Under the pieces are notes generated by a model that saw nothing but the letters and a program-made list of their open reading frames with translations, was not told where the DNA came from and did no database searches. Shown here one piece after another: positions 36,736 through 49,235 of a stretch of DNA of 64,000 nucleotides (position 1 is the first letter of the stretch; the number at the start of each line of letters is the position of its first letter). A program made the position numbers and the translations under genes. Source of the DNA: Squalus acanthias (taxonomy: Eukaryota); contig CM059432.1 of assembly GCA_030390025.1 (NCBI GenBank), forward strand, positions 149,608,001-149,672,000, written 5' to 3'.

Positions 36736-36835
36736 GTCATTTCCCTGGGGTCATTTCCCTGGGGTCATTTCCCTGGGGTCATTTCCCTGGGGTCATTTCC
36801 CTGGGGTCATTTCCTGGGGTCATTTCCCTGGGGTC
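36736..36835. repeat. 14-bp tandem repeat, about 7 units
   Basis: gtcatttccctggg repeated. Confidence 0.9.
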
Positions 36836-36944
36836 TTCACTGCTCATCCACTGAAGTTATGGCGATGGCGGGAGATTAACCCCAGGCGTTTATTAGCTGG
36901 GGGAATTATTTCCGAATACAGCTTACAAGATTAAGAAGCCTTAC

Positions 36945-36996
36945 CTTCCACCATTCTTCATTAGAATCATCGAGCAGAGAAACTCTGTCTCCAACC
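36945..36996 (-). CDS. STAC: STAC-family protein, 52-nt coding exon (SH3-1 core)
   Basis: Acceptor aaatcacag, then G+VGDRVSLLDDSNEEWWK, then donor gtaagg. Completes the CAG codon from the previous exon and carries the SH3 DDSNEEWWK motif. Confidence 0.95.
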
Positions 36997-37124
36997 CTGT
37001 GATTTTAAGCAAAGAGATAATGTTAGCTTTAAATGAGCAGAACAACCTTAAAACTTCCTCAAATGACAGAGAAGGAAGGATCCTGTTAACCCCGCTCCAG
37101 CACACATAACAAGACTGACACTTC

Positions 37125-37345
37125 TGTACAGTACCGAGGGAATGCGACACAGTCGGAGGTGGCAGCTTTCAATTTAAATATCTGACTACTCAGAAGGATG
37201 TCCCCGGTCGAAGACGAGCAGGGAGTTCTCCTGGTGTCCTGGTTAGCATTCTTGCCTCCATCAACACCAACAAAAATAAATTACTGGGTCATTTATTCAT
37301 TTGCTGTATGTGGAATCTTGCTGTGCTGCTGCGTTTGCCTACACA
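37125..37345 (+). mobile_element. Degenerate DeuSINE fragment
   Basis: gtacagtaccgagggaatgcgacacagtcggagg...cgaagacgagcagggagttctcctggtgtcctgg. Confidence 0.6.
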
Positions 37346-37541
37346 GCACCAGTGAAGGCCCTTCAAGAGTAAACGACCTTGGGAGGTCCCGGGAATGGGA
37401 TAAGCTGCGACATCAGTGCAAATTCTTTACATGGAAACAAAATGTGAGCTACAAGAAATAGATTTTGCATTTCAGTAAATGTTGGATTTATTGACCTACT
37501 CTGATGACTCACTGACTGGATGCACTGTGTAGTGTGGGGGA

Positions 37542-38076
37542 TTGGTCTCCTTATTTAAGGAGGATATACTTGCATTGGAGGCAGTTCAGAGACGATTCAC
37601 GAGGTTAATTCCAGAGATGAGGGGGTTGATTTATGAGGAAAGGTTGAGCAGGCTGGGGCCTATACTCATTGGAATTTAGAAGAATGAGAGGTGATCTTAT
37701 CGAAACATATAAGATACTGAGGGGGCACGACAGGGTAGATGCAGAGAGGATGTTTCCCCTCGTGGGGAAATCTAGAACTCGGGGGCACAGTCTCAGAATA
37801 AAGGGTCTCCCTTTTAGAACTGAGATGAGGAGAAACTTCTTCTCTTAGAGGGTCGTAAATTTGTGGAATTCTCTGCCCCAGAGAGCTGTGGAGGCTGGGT
37901 CATTAAATATATTTAAGGTGGAGAGAGACAAATTTTTGCAAGATAAGGGAGTGAAGGGTTATGGGGAGCGGGCTGGGAAGTGGCTTTGAGCCCAAGATCA
38001 GCCGTGATCTTATTGAATGGCGGAGCAGGCTCGAGGGGCCAAGTGGCCTATTCCTGCTCCTATTTCTTATGTTCTT
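37542..38076 (+). mobile_element. CR1 LINE 3' fragment
   Basis: CR1 ORF2 C-terminal sequence, 3' UTR and ttcttatgttctta tail. Confidence 0.9.
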
Positions 38077-38325
38077 AGAGCAGAAAGATCCGGGTTCCAC
38101 CTTGGGTCAATGTTGAGTTCGGTTAGCTTGGCTGCAGGAGGGTACTATCATGGGCCTCAGTGCTCCTTGGCTAGGGCTGGAAACAATCAGCCAAGGATCC
38201 CGCTGCTAATTGCTCTGCAGTGACCAGTGTGAAAGGCTGGTCAGGTCAGAACAGGTTCAGTTGTAACAGCCCATCCCCAAACCTTTCTCTCTGTGGTTGA
38301 ATAGACTGTTTGATAGTCACTCTCT
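38077..38325 (+). mobile_element. Ancient LF-SINE-like remnant
   Basis: ggcctcagtgctccttggctagggctggaaacaatcagccaaggatcccgctgctaattgctctgcagtgacc resembles my recollection of LFSINE-type consensus. Confidence 0.4.
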
Positions 38326-38444
38326 CCGTTCATTGATCAGCCATGATCGCATTGAATGGCGGAGCAGGCTCGAGGGGCCGAATGGCCTACTCCTGCTCCT
38401 ATCTTCTATGCTTCATCACCGCTGGGGCACAATCCTGGAATTCC

Positions 38445-38835
38445 CTACCTAACAAATGAGTTTAAACCCACCCCCACAGCACTAGTTAACCTCTGCACGA
38501 GGACACTGGTCCCAGCCCTGTTCAGGTGCAACCCCTCCAGCTTGTACAGGTCCCTCATGCCCCAAAACTGGTCCCAATGCTCCAGGAATCTGAAGCCCTC
38601 CCTCCTGCACCACTTCTCCAGCCGCGCATTCACCTGCACTATCTTCCTGTTTCTGTACTCACTCGCACGTGGCACTGCGAGTAATCCAGAGATTACCACC
38701 TTTGAGGTCCTGTTCTTTAATCTTTTTCCTAGCTCCTGAAACTCTGCCTGTAGGACCTCAACCCTTTTCCTACCCATGTCATTGGTTCCAATATGGACCA
38801 CGACCTTCTGGCTGTTCCCCTTCCCCTCACGGAAT
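38445..38835 (-). mobile_element. CR1 ORF1p fragment (SGNH/GDSL esterase-like domain)
   Basis: VVVHIGTNDMGRK...VVISGLL..PRA...LYKLEGLHLNRAG, the CR1 ORF1 esterase motifs (GTND, xGLHL). Confidence 0.88.
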
Positions 38836-39325
38836 GTCCTACATCGAAGCACTGAAGTGATTAGCGTTTTCTATGAGCCCATCGTAAACCCAGCTGGCAA
38901 AGCAGCGAGTAGTGCTGGATATCGCTTTGTTCTGACCTCTGTTTGTTTAGTATTACTTTCTGCTGAGCAATGGAACTTTCACAGGCACTTGTAAAGTTTC
39001 CATTATAAATCAGGAGAACAAGCCAGTTACATTAAAGCACTGGCTGCGGTGACGCTACGTCTTCCAATGAAACCTTGCAGGCACTCAAAGCACAGTCTCT
39101 GGAACTCGAGCCGCATTCGTTTGAAATAGTGCCAAGGGAAGTTTTGACAGGCAAAATTGGAACTGCTGATACTTTGGAAAGAGGAGAGATGAAATTGAAA
39201 GGGACCATTTTTAAGCCCAGGCCTCATTTACATCAAACCGGTGAGCTGTGGGTGCTAAACGGGGTCTCAATGCAGCTTGCCAGATGCAGGCCGGCTAATA
39301 TTGAAATCTGGTAATATTTTACTTA

Positions 39326-39978
39326 AATAAAAACAGAAAATGCTGGAAATACTCAGCAGGTCAGGCAGCATCTGCGGAGAGAGAAACAGAGTTAACGTTA
39401 CAGGTCGATGACCCTTCATCAGAACTGGAAAAAGTTGGAGATGGAACAGGTTTTTAAGCAAGTGTCGGGGGCAGGGAGAGGGGGGAGGGCAGGAAAGAAC
39501 AAAAGGGAAGGTCTGTGATAGGATGGAAGGCAGGAGAGGTTAAGAGACAAAAGGAATGATGGTGCGAGGCAAAAGGAGATGGTAATGGAACAAGAAACAA
39601 AAGATGACTCTAGATGAAGTGTAAATGGCAGAATGATTGACAGCTGCCATGTGAGGGAGAGGGAAAAAAAAGATAGGGTCAGAGGTTATGGTCTGAAATT
39701 GTTGAACTCGATGTTGAGTCTAGGGAGGCTGTAAAGTACCTAATCGAAAGATGAGGTGCTGTTCCTCGAGCTTACACTGAGCTTTATTGGAACAGTGTAA
39801 GAGGCCGAGGACAGAGAGGTCTGAGTGGGAGTGGAGCGGAGAATTAAAGTGACAGGCGACCGAAAGCTCGGGTTCACCCTTACGCACTGAACGGAGGTGT
39901 TCCGCAAAGCGGTCACCCAATCTGTGTTTGGTCTCCCCAGTGTAGAGGAGACCGCATCGTGAGCAGCGAATACAGTAT
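39326..39978 (-). mobile_element. Penelope-like element 3' fragment: GIY-YIG endonuclease C-terminus plus terminal repeat with mutated hammerhead
   Basis: YCIRCSRCGLLYTGETKHRLGDRFAEHLRSV...ACHFNS...KLEEQHLIFRLGTLQP; the HHR-like motif at 39390-39426 has GTAA in place of GAAA. Confidence 0.88.
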
Positions 39979-40910
39979 TTTACTTATATTGGGTAAGGAC
40001 AAGGGTGGTCTTTATGAAGCAGTGCTCTTGGTGCAGTGGTTCACATGCCCCACACGATTTCCCCTCCGAATTCCTGGTATGTGCTCCTGTCACACAAAGC
40101 TCAATACCAGGAGCTCTGACCACATTCAAGGGACTACAAGCCAAGTTTAGGCAACCTGTCCTCATAATTTAACACCCTAAGCCATGGTAACATTCTGACG
40201 TATCTGCGGTTCAGGGCACAAGGACCTGGTGGTGCAGGACCAGAAAAGGCGATAGGGGCTTGGAATGGGGACTTACGAGATCCCAGGAGGATTCCTTGAC
40301 TGGTAGCAGAGGAAAATCCAGCCCATAAAGCCCATCACACTGCTTCAAGCAGATTTGCACACATGATGATTTAACTACATGTGGGGAAGGCCAGTACATG
40401 TGAAGCAGTCATGTGGGCCTCAGTTTGTGTTGCTGGCAGTGCTGTTAAATAGTTTTGTAAAAATACATTACTTAAAAAGGCTAAAGCAGTACTGTCATCA
40501 CAAAGTGAAGAAGTCTTTTATCATTAAAGTCAATTATTTTCCAGAGTTGGGAATGAACTGTTGTTACAAGTGTAAAATATAATTGTATATTTACGATTAA
40601 TGAATGTTGTCTGAGAGAAAGAGAGCGAGTGTGTGAGAGAAAGACAGAGAGAAACAGTCAGAAAGAAAAAGAGAAAGTAAGAGACAGAGGGACAAGCAGA
40701 ATTATTTTCTAGTTGCATTTTTTTCAGTGTCATACAGAGGCTGATAATATTCAGCGTAGCTGATGCTCTGAATTTATTTGAATGGAGTGTGTCTGTTTTT
40801 ATCACAAGTCTCATTAGCAGACAACTGTATACGAGGTTCATCAAGGCATCATTTGCGTTGCAGACATGGCCTTCTGACCATAATGCGGCTGATGCACCCG
40901 AGAAGTAACC

Positions 40911-41250
40911 CATAAGAACATAAGACGTAGGAGCAGGAGTCGGTCATTTGGCCTCTCGAGCCTGCTCCGCCATTCAATAAGATCATGGCTGATCTGAGTT
41001 TGGCCTCAACTCCACTTCCCTGCCCGCTCCCCATAACCCTTGACTCCCCTATCGTTCAAAAATCTGTCTATCTCCACCTTAAATATATTCAATGACCCAG
41101 CCGCCACAGCTCTCTGGGGAAGAGAATTCCAAAGATTCACGACCCTCTGAGAGAAGAAATTCCTCCTCATATCCGATTTAAAAGGACGCCCCCTTATTCT
41201 GAAATTATGGCCCCTAGTTCTAGATTCCCCCACGAGGGGAAACATCCTCT
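40911..41250 (-). mobile_element. CR1 LINE 3' end
   Basis: ERMFPLVGESRTRGHNFRIRGRPFKSDMRRNFFSQRVV...; cataagaa tail. Confidence 0.9.
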
Positions 41251-42644
41251 CAATGCCCACTGTAAGGGAGGGCTGTGCAGAACGGGAGAAGTGTTGTACT
41301 GGATGGGTCCAGCCTTCCACAAGGGCCACCAGATTATCCTGAGGTTTGCCATCAAAAGGCCAATGTGCCGCCATTGTGTCCCCTCCCCCCAAAAAACGGT
41401 ACTGTCAAAGCTGGAACTCCATCGCACTTGCACCACTATGCAGTCCTTACATGGTTTTAAGTTGAGTTAAAGATAGCCCCTGATCAGTTCCTGTACCGTG
41501 CTGAGTAAAGAGAGTAAGGGAAAACTACAAGTATTGCAAAAAAAATCAAAATACAAGTGCTGGAAATGACACAGCAGATGAAACTTCTCCCCTGGTAGAG
41601 GCCCAGTTTTAATGAAGGCTCTGGGACAGTCGTCTGTCTTTGCTCATTTTAGAGGCTGATGGACGCGATGGGGCTGATTTTACAAAGGGGGAGGCTCCGT
41701 GAAAGGAAAATCATGACGATTTCTTGAGATGTGCTCCTGTGGGATGTGGCTCCCTTTAGGGAGCGTGCGTTGGTAAAATCGACCCAAGCATTTCCTGCAT
41801 TAATACCTGTTGATAAAGATAAATGTGGCTCGCGGCTTTTAGCTTTGCTTTTTTTTTGTGCGTCTGTATCTATATATGTAGAGCTGATTCAAATGAATAC
41901 CTTCATTATTACACCATCTGGTTCACCAACACAACACAGACCTCGCTGTCAGCTCATCCTGCTGAGTCTCACATAGAAAAAGCAAAGCAACCTGGCAGGG
42001 CAATAAATACAGCAGATGAAAAGATGGAAAAGCTCTCTCCTTCTTTTGTTCCTTCTCCATTCCTTCTTTCTAAGGTCAAATTAAACTTCATTATACATCT
42101 CTCATCGCATGTTACTTTTGCTTCAGTACGTCATAGAATCATGGAAATTTCAGCAGGGAGAGATGGCCGTGAAGCACATTGTGTTGCGCCGCTGGAGTTC
42201 TTCAGTTGCAGATTTCCGCTCTAATATCCCATTCTCCATGATGGACAAAGGAAGTAAGACTGGGAAAGGAGGATGTTTTAGCACCTTAAAGGGCAAAGGT
42301 AATAACTCGTGTGGGGTCAGCACACTCTGGACAATTATAATTATTTCTTGCAGTTACACAAAGCAAAGAGACCGCCCTCAGGATCTGAATAGGCAGGATC
42401 TAGCCTGGAGTACGCTGAATAATTCAATGCAGCAAATTAGCGTGCTGGTGTTGAACCCAGACAAAAGATAACATGAACAGTTTGATAGCGTAAAGCTTCT
42501 GATATAGATGATTAAATCAGATTAAACTGGATACATGCTGGTGCTTTAATTATTCTCTTAGCGGCTGAAAATTACAAGAACATTTTGCTCGGTAAGTCGG
42601 AGGTCAGGAGATTAATAAAATTGCTTTCCAGCTGTTATACTTAC

Positions 42645-42739
42645 TGCATTGCCAGATCGTCATTCTCTTGTGGTATGAATCTGTACAAGGCGACATAACT
42701 GAACTGCTGCAATGTGTCCTTGTGTTCTCGCCCCTTCAG
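42645..42739 (-). CDS. STAC: STAC-family SH3 and cysteine-rich domain protein, internal coding exon (start of first SH3 domain)
   Basis: Minus strand: acceptor catgtttttgcag, then 95 nt encoding LKGREHKDTLQQFSYVALYRFIPQENDDLAM+CA, then donor gtaagt. YVALY.F.PQE..DL is the STAC SH3-1 start. Phase 2 matches the next exon. Confidence 0.95.
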
Positions 42740-42911
42740 CTGCAAAAACATGAGAAATGGAAGTAAATAAAGTCACAAGAAACAAAGTGACTTCAGCCAT
42801 CAGACTCCCTCCTGTCTGATTTAGACCCCTTGATTTTGCCTCTATTTTCATATCTTTCATTGTACATTGTCCTACCCACTTTCCCATGATTTCAACACTT
42901 CACCCAACACT

Positions 42912-43645
42912 CATAAGAACATAAGACAAAAGAACATAAGACGTAGGAGCAGGAGTCGGTCATTCGGCCCCTCGAGCCTGCTCCGCCATTCAATAAGATC
43001 ATGGCTGATCTGATCTTGGCCTCAACTCCACTTCCCTGCCCGCTCCCCATAACCCTTCACTCCCTTATCGTTCAAAAATCTGTCTATCTCCACCTTAAAT
43101 ATATTCAATGACCCAGCCTCCACAGTTCTCTGGGGAAGAGAATTCCAAAGATTCACGACCCTCTGAGAGAAGAAATTCCTCCTCATTTCCGTTTTAAATG
43201 GGTGCCCCCTTATTCTGAAATTATGCCCCCTAGTTCTAGATTCCACCACAAGGGGAAACATCCTCTCTTGCATCTACCCTGCCAAGCCCCTTCAGAATCT
43301 TATATGTTTCAATAAGATCCCCTCTCATTCTTCGAAACTCCAATGAGTATAGGCCCAGCCTGCTCAACCTTTCTTCATAAGATAACCCCTTCATCTCTGG
43401 AATCAACCTCGTGAACCTTCTCTGAACTGCCTCCAATGCAAGTATATCCCTCCTTAAATAAGGAGACCAAAACTGTACGCAGTACTCCAGGTATGGTCTC
43501 ACCAACGCCCTGTACAGTTATAACAGGACTTCCCTACTTTTATACTCCATTCCCTTTGCAATAAAGGCCAACAATCCATTTGCCTTCCTAATTACTTGCT
43601 GTACCTGCATGCTAACTTTTTGTGATTCATGTACAAGGACCCCCA
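42912..43645 (-). mobile_element. CR1 LINE 3' fragment
   Basis: [33 protein letters not shown]...; tail repeats. Confidence 0.92.
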
Positions 43646-43705
43646 CTCACTTTACCCAAACAAAACTGTGAATTTTCAATTCCCCAATCGCTCAGACAAC
43701 AAACC

Positions 43706-43718
43706 CTCTTGACTCAGT

Positions 43719-43750
<32 letters not shown>

Positions 43751-44132
43751 CGGGTTCAAGCCCGATTACACAGACATGAGCCGATATTTCAGTACTGAGG
43801 GAGTGCTGCACTGTTGGAGGTGCGATCTCTCAGATAAGAGGTTAAAACCAAGGCCCCATCAGGTGGACGTAAAAGATCCCATGGCACTATTCGAAGAAGA
43901 GCAGGGGAGTTCTTCCCGGTATCATGGCTAATATTTATCTCTTAACCAACATCACTAACTGGTCATTATCTCATTGTTGTTTGTGGGACCTTGCTGTGTG
44001 CAAATTGGCTGCTGTGTTTCCTATATTCCATTGAAGTGACTACACCTCCAAAAAAAAAGTACTTCATTGGCTGTAAAGCGCTTTGGGATGTCCTGAGGTC
44101 GTGAAAGGCACTAGATAAATGCAGTTCTTTTT
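43706..44132 (+). mobile_element. DeuSINE (SacSINE1-like)
   Basis: Head gactcagtggtagcactcttgcctctgagtcaga, Deu domain and tail. Confidence 0.85.
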
Positions 44133-44539
44133 ATCAGGAGAAAAGGGCTAAGATGAGGATATCAAAGGGTAAGAAAAGGAATTGAAGATTAATGGGCCAT
44201 CATTTGCTGTGACAGGGCATCTAACAGCGTCTGCTCTTAGTTAGACTTGGCCTCGCACGTTTAGGTTTTTTAATTTTTGGGTGGCAAGTTGCTGAAAGTG
44301 CGAGCTGATAACAGCGCAGCGACGGAAACAGGGCATCTGGGACCTGAGTGAACAGGACAAGCAACTGTGTATCTTCCTAATCAGTCAGATTGAAGCGCAG
44401 GACCCAAGAAGAAAGTGTAAATGAGAGTGAGTGAATTTAATGTCAAATCAGGTACAGAAAGAGAAATAAAGAGAGGGAAAGAAAGATTGGATTAAGAGAG
44501 AGAGAAAAAAAGAGACAGAAAGGAAAAGTAAAAAAAAAT

Positions 44540-46048
44540 TTAAAATGTAAAATTTTACAGTCTAGAAATTCATTATAGCCCAGGAATGGGCGGTATCTTT
44601 AGAAAAGATTGAGAATTAGCGCCAGGTGCTAATGCTTTAGACTGCACGCAAAATTCATCCTCACTACTCAAAGAAATGATTGGGGCGCTAATTCAAGTCT
44701 TAAAGGCCTGGCTCAGTGGCGTTACACTCAAAGGGTGGACCAATATCGGGTGCAGTCTAATCGCAACTCATCATTGCCACAGGCTTTTCCCAGTGCTTAA
44801 AGGGGAGGTTCATTGATCCTGCAGTGCCTCATTGTCAGCATTGCCAGCTGTGCAGCTGCCTCAGCAAGGAGAAGCACAAGAAGGAGGAGGAGCCGGAGGA
44901 CTGAAGCAGGTGTGCTTATGGCAGATCCACCTCAGTCGGGTGGTCAGGGTGATTGAATGCTTCAACAAATGCTACATACCACCATCTGTACCACAAGCTT
45001 CACACACTGCCCAAAGCACCACACCCCCAGTACTCACCCACCAACAATCTCTACCTACCAACACTCACACCCACATCTCACACCTTGCACACAATGACAG
45101 CTATTCAACTATGGCAGGCACAAGGGTCATTAGTTATTAGAATGAATGTGATGTGTGTGATACGTTTATGCATAAATTTATTAATGGAGTTTGCAATATT
45201 TTGTGGTCTCTCTCATTTCACCATTGTGCCCAGGAGGACGCTGTGATAGGGCGTGACACAGGGATGGTATGATGGGCATGTGGTGAGTTTAAGTCATCCT
45301 GCTGTGAGGTTGGAGGTCTGTTTGGAGGAGGTGACAGAGTTCTGTGTTGCGGAGCCATCTAATACACTGCTCGTCGCTTAATTGAAGTTAGGAGAAGTGT
45401 TGTCAGAATACTCTCGGAGGGTAAGGCCTCCCGGTGAGAGCCCTGATGTCTCTCCTCATCCCTCTGTGCACATGTTCCCGTATTTTTCGCTGCCTACGCT
45501 CCCTCCGCCATAGATCCTGGAGGGCGAGGCGGCGCCAGTACAGCCCCCATTAATGTTGACAAGTGTAGCAGGTTGAATCTTTGAGCAATAAACGTAGTTA
45601 CTTTGTTGTTGCCAGAAGACTGCTGATACAAAAGAAGCTTGTAATTACTCGTGGAAACTGCTGGAGTGGGTGAAACTGACAAGAACCCACTGAAACTAAC
45701 CTGCTCCGACAGCTGGGAGTGATTAATGCTGATGCTTTTAAATAACGTCGCTGGAGCCGGCTTCCTGGAGCTGCAGGCCAGCTCTCCCTGTCGCTGTCTG
45801 GTCGAGGCGCTAAGGTAAGTGGCAACAATTAATTTTGCAGATTGCCAGTGACGTCACGATCTGCCTGGCATTGAAGTCCCCAGCAGTACCTTGTACTGGT
45901 GGCGCAATGGTGGGGTGGGGTGGGGTGGGGGGGCGGATTTGCCGTGCGTCGCTGGATTCGTCTCGCCCTGGCGCTACTGCATCAGCGTCCCATTACCGCC
46001 ATCTGCTGGCACTAACAGGAGGCGCTAAGGTACCGAAATTTTTCCCCT
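44540..46048 (-). mobile_element. Internally deleted PIF/Harbinger derivative with transposase N-terminal remnant
   Basis: Minus strand ~45290-45470 reads GRPYPPRVF*QHFS*LQLSDEQCIRWLRNTELCHLLQTDLQP, like the transposase N-terminus at 63200-63330; right end aaatttttcccc. Confidence 0.6.
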
Positions 46049-46315
46049 GCATTTTTTAAATCTCCAACAATTAAAACCTGAAGGAATGAGACTCCATACC
46101 TGTAATAATTGATTCTCAGTGCCAGAGAGGTTGTTTTCCGATAATTAACAGTTATCATGTCGTTATAAGGGTACTTAGACTGGAATAGACAAGACTTAAC
46201 TTTCTGTGGCGAGTTTAGTTCGTATCTGTTGTGCAAATACAGTAATTTCATGCCGTTTAATGCATTCCAATGGTGAGCCAGCCAGAGAAATGCAGTTTCC
46301 GCGGAGCAGCGCATC

Positions 46316-48300
46316 ATAAGAACATAAGAACATAAGAAATAGGAGCAGGAGTAGGCCAATCGGCCCCTCGAGCCTGCTCCGCCATTCAATAAGATCATGG
46401 CTGATCTGATCCTAACCGCCAATCTACTATCTACTATCACAGAACCATCTCTTGCATCTAACAGAATTGCACACACGAAATCGGAGCAGAATCAGGCTAC
46501 ACGGTCCCTGGGCCCGCTCCACTACCCACAGGGCCATGACCGATCCGAACCTAGACTCATGTCCAAATTCCTGCCCGCTCCCCGTAACCCTTAATGCCCT
46601 TTACTTCTAGGAAACTGTCTATTTCTGTTTTAAATTTATTTAATGATGTAGCTTCTACAGCTTTTTGTGGCAGCATATTCCATGGACCTACCACCCTCTG
46701 AGTGAAGTAGTTCCTCCTCATCTCAGTTTTGAAAGAGCAGCCCCTTATTCTAAGACTATGTCCCCTAGTTCTAGTCTCACCCATCATCGGGAACATCCTC
46801 CCCGCATCCACCCGATCCAACCCCTTCACAATCTTATATGTTTCAATAAGATCGCCTCTCATTCTTCTGAACTCCAATGAGTAGAGTCCCAATCTACCCA
46901 ACCTCTCCTCATATGACCACCCCCTCATCCCCGGGATTAACCGAGTGAACCTTTTTTGCACTGCCTCGAGAGCAAGGATGTCTTTCCTTAAGTAAGGACA
47001 CCAAAACTGTATGCAGTATTCCAAATGCGGTCTCACCAATACCTTGTACAACTGAAGCAATACCTCCCTATTTTTATATTCTATCCCCCTAGCAATGAAA
47101 GCCAACATTCCATTTGCCTTCTTAATCACTTGCTGCACCTGCATACTAACCTTTTGAGTTTCGTGCACCAGGACCCCCAGATCCCTTTGCACTTCAGTAC
47201 TCTCCAGTTTCTTGCCATTAAGATAATAAATTGCTCTAGGATTTTTCCTGCCAAAGTGCATCACCTCACACTTTCCAGTGTTGTATTCCATCTGCCAAAT
47301 CTCTGCCCACTTACTTAGCCTGTCTATGTCCCCTTGCAGGTTTTTTATGTCCTCCTCACTCACTACTTTCCCTCCCATCTTTGTATCATCTGCAAATTTT
47401 GATATGTTACACTTGGTCCCTTCCTCCAAATCGTTAATATAGATTGTAAAGAGTTGGGGACCCAGCACTGACCCCTGTGGAACACCACTAGTTACTGATT
47501 GCCAGTCTGAGAATGAACCATTTATCCCAACTCTTTGCTTTCTGTTAGATAGCCAATCCTCTATCCATGCCAGAATATTACCCCCAATCCCGTGATTTTT
47601 TACCTTAAGCAATAATCTTTTGTGTGGCACCTTGTCAAATGCCTTTTGGAAGTCTAAATACACTACGTCCACTGGTTCCCCTTTATCCACTCTATATGTT
47701 ACTTCCTCAAAGAACTCCAGCAAATTTGTCAAACATGACTTCCCCTTCGTAAAACCATGCTGACTTTGTCCTATTAAATTATGATTATCCAAATGTCCTG
47801 TTACTGTTTCCTTAATAATGGACTCCAAAATTTTACCTACCACAGATGTTAGGCTAACCGGTCTATAGTTACCAGCCTTCTGTCTACTGCCCTTTTTAAA
47901 TAAGGGTGTTACATTAGCAGTTTTCCAGTCTGCCGGGACCTTAGCGGAATCCAGGAAGTTTTGAAAAATTATTACCAATGCATCTACAATCCCTACCGCC
48001 ACTTCCTTCAAGACTCTAGGATGTAAGCCATCAGGTCCAGGTGATTTATCCGCCTTGAGTCCCATTATTTTACCGAGTACCACTTCCTTAGTGATTTTGA
48101 TCGTGTTTAGCTCCTCTCCCCCTATAGCCCCCTGTTTGTCCAGTGTTGGGATATTCTTAGTGTCCTCTACTGTAAAGACTGATACAAAATATTCATTCAG
48201 TGTTTTTGCCATCTCCATATTTCCCACCATTAGTTTCCCGGTCTCATCCTCTAAGGGACCAACATTTACTTTAGCCACCCTTTTTCTTTTTATATAACTA
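46316..48300 (-). mobile_element. Young 5'-truncated CR1 LINE with uninterrupted 573-aa RT reading frame (46557-48278)
   Basis: [39 protein letters not shown] motifs with no stops; no endonuclease domain; taagaaca tail. Confidence 0.96.
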
Positions 48301-48652
48301 TAACCTGGACAGTAACTTTTGGATATCTGCGTTTAACCGCACGTCTGCCCCTCGCCTGAAGTTGCTGTACCATTAGCCTCAACATTATTTTGACAGCATA
48401 TTCTGGGCCATTGTATTAACTGAGCTGCACAGTAACTTATCCCACTTTGCTAAAGTGCTACAGAATAAAATCAGTCGCAGATTCTTGTTAGACATCTCCT
48501 TCAAGTGTGATACTTTAATGCTCTCGCTCGCCACGAGTTTTTGTTTGGTTTGCATAGCAACGGCGAGTGCACCTCTCCATCACAAGACACTTGGGGGGGG
48601 GGGGGAATTTAACCAAAAAAACAGGAGGGTTGTGGTTGGGTGGGAAGTTAAA

Positions 48653-49000
48653 GGGCTGGATTTTGTCTTGGGGTCGGTTGGGGTCGTGTTACCCACATTT
48701 TGTGTTGCCCCCCCGACTCCAGATTAATGTGGATGAATGATGCAATTTTCACTTAATTGGGCAATTGAGTTGCAGCATGTGGGAACCCATGAACCAATTA
48801 GTGGTTTCAGTCTGAAAGTCGCCTCTGATGATGTCATCGTTGCAGGTCAGAGACTGCCTGGTCTCAGAGATTGCCTGGCCTTTGCTGTGAGAGGACCTGG
48901 ATGCAAAATGAGCAGCATCTGAGAGAGAGAGAGAGAGAGAGAGACTTTAACCCCCCACATGCCTCCAAACCTGACTCCCGGGTCATTGAAAATCCAGCCC
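48653..49000. mobile_element. PIF/Harbinger MITE (same family as 6942-7520)
   Basis: Perfect 12-bp TIR gggctggatttt / aaaatccagccc; TSD aaa; (GA)n inside. Confidence 0.85.
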
Positions 49001-49076
49001 AAAGTGTTAAAAGTCTGAATCCCGACCCCAACGGGGGGGGGGGAGGTGGGATGGGGGGGAACAGCGGGCAGCCAAC

Positions 49077-49235
49077 ACATGTTCCCTGTGAGCTGTGCGG
49101 CCCTGTAGCGTTCCAGGGATCCCACAGCCGGCTTGTCAATGAGACAGACGGTATTTTGAATGACCTGTGCAGCCCCTTAAAGGGCCTCCCCCACCCCCCC
49201 CACCGCGGCGACAAACAAAATTACAGGGAACATTG
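49077..49235. mobile_element. hAT-type MITE
   Basis: TIR atgttccctgt / acagggaacat; 8-bp TSD cagccaac / cggccaac (1 mismatch). Confidence 0.7.

Larger units (their letters stand above)
44194..48409. mobile_element. Harbinger-type non-autonomous element split by two nested insertions
   Basis: Ends gggccatcattt ... atattctgggcc flanked by aat/att; the sequence appears to resume after 46048 and after 48300. Continuity is inferred. Confidence 0.5.
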
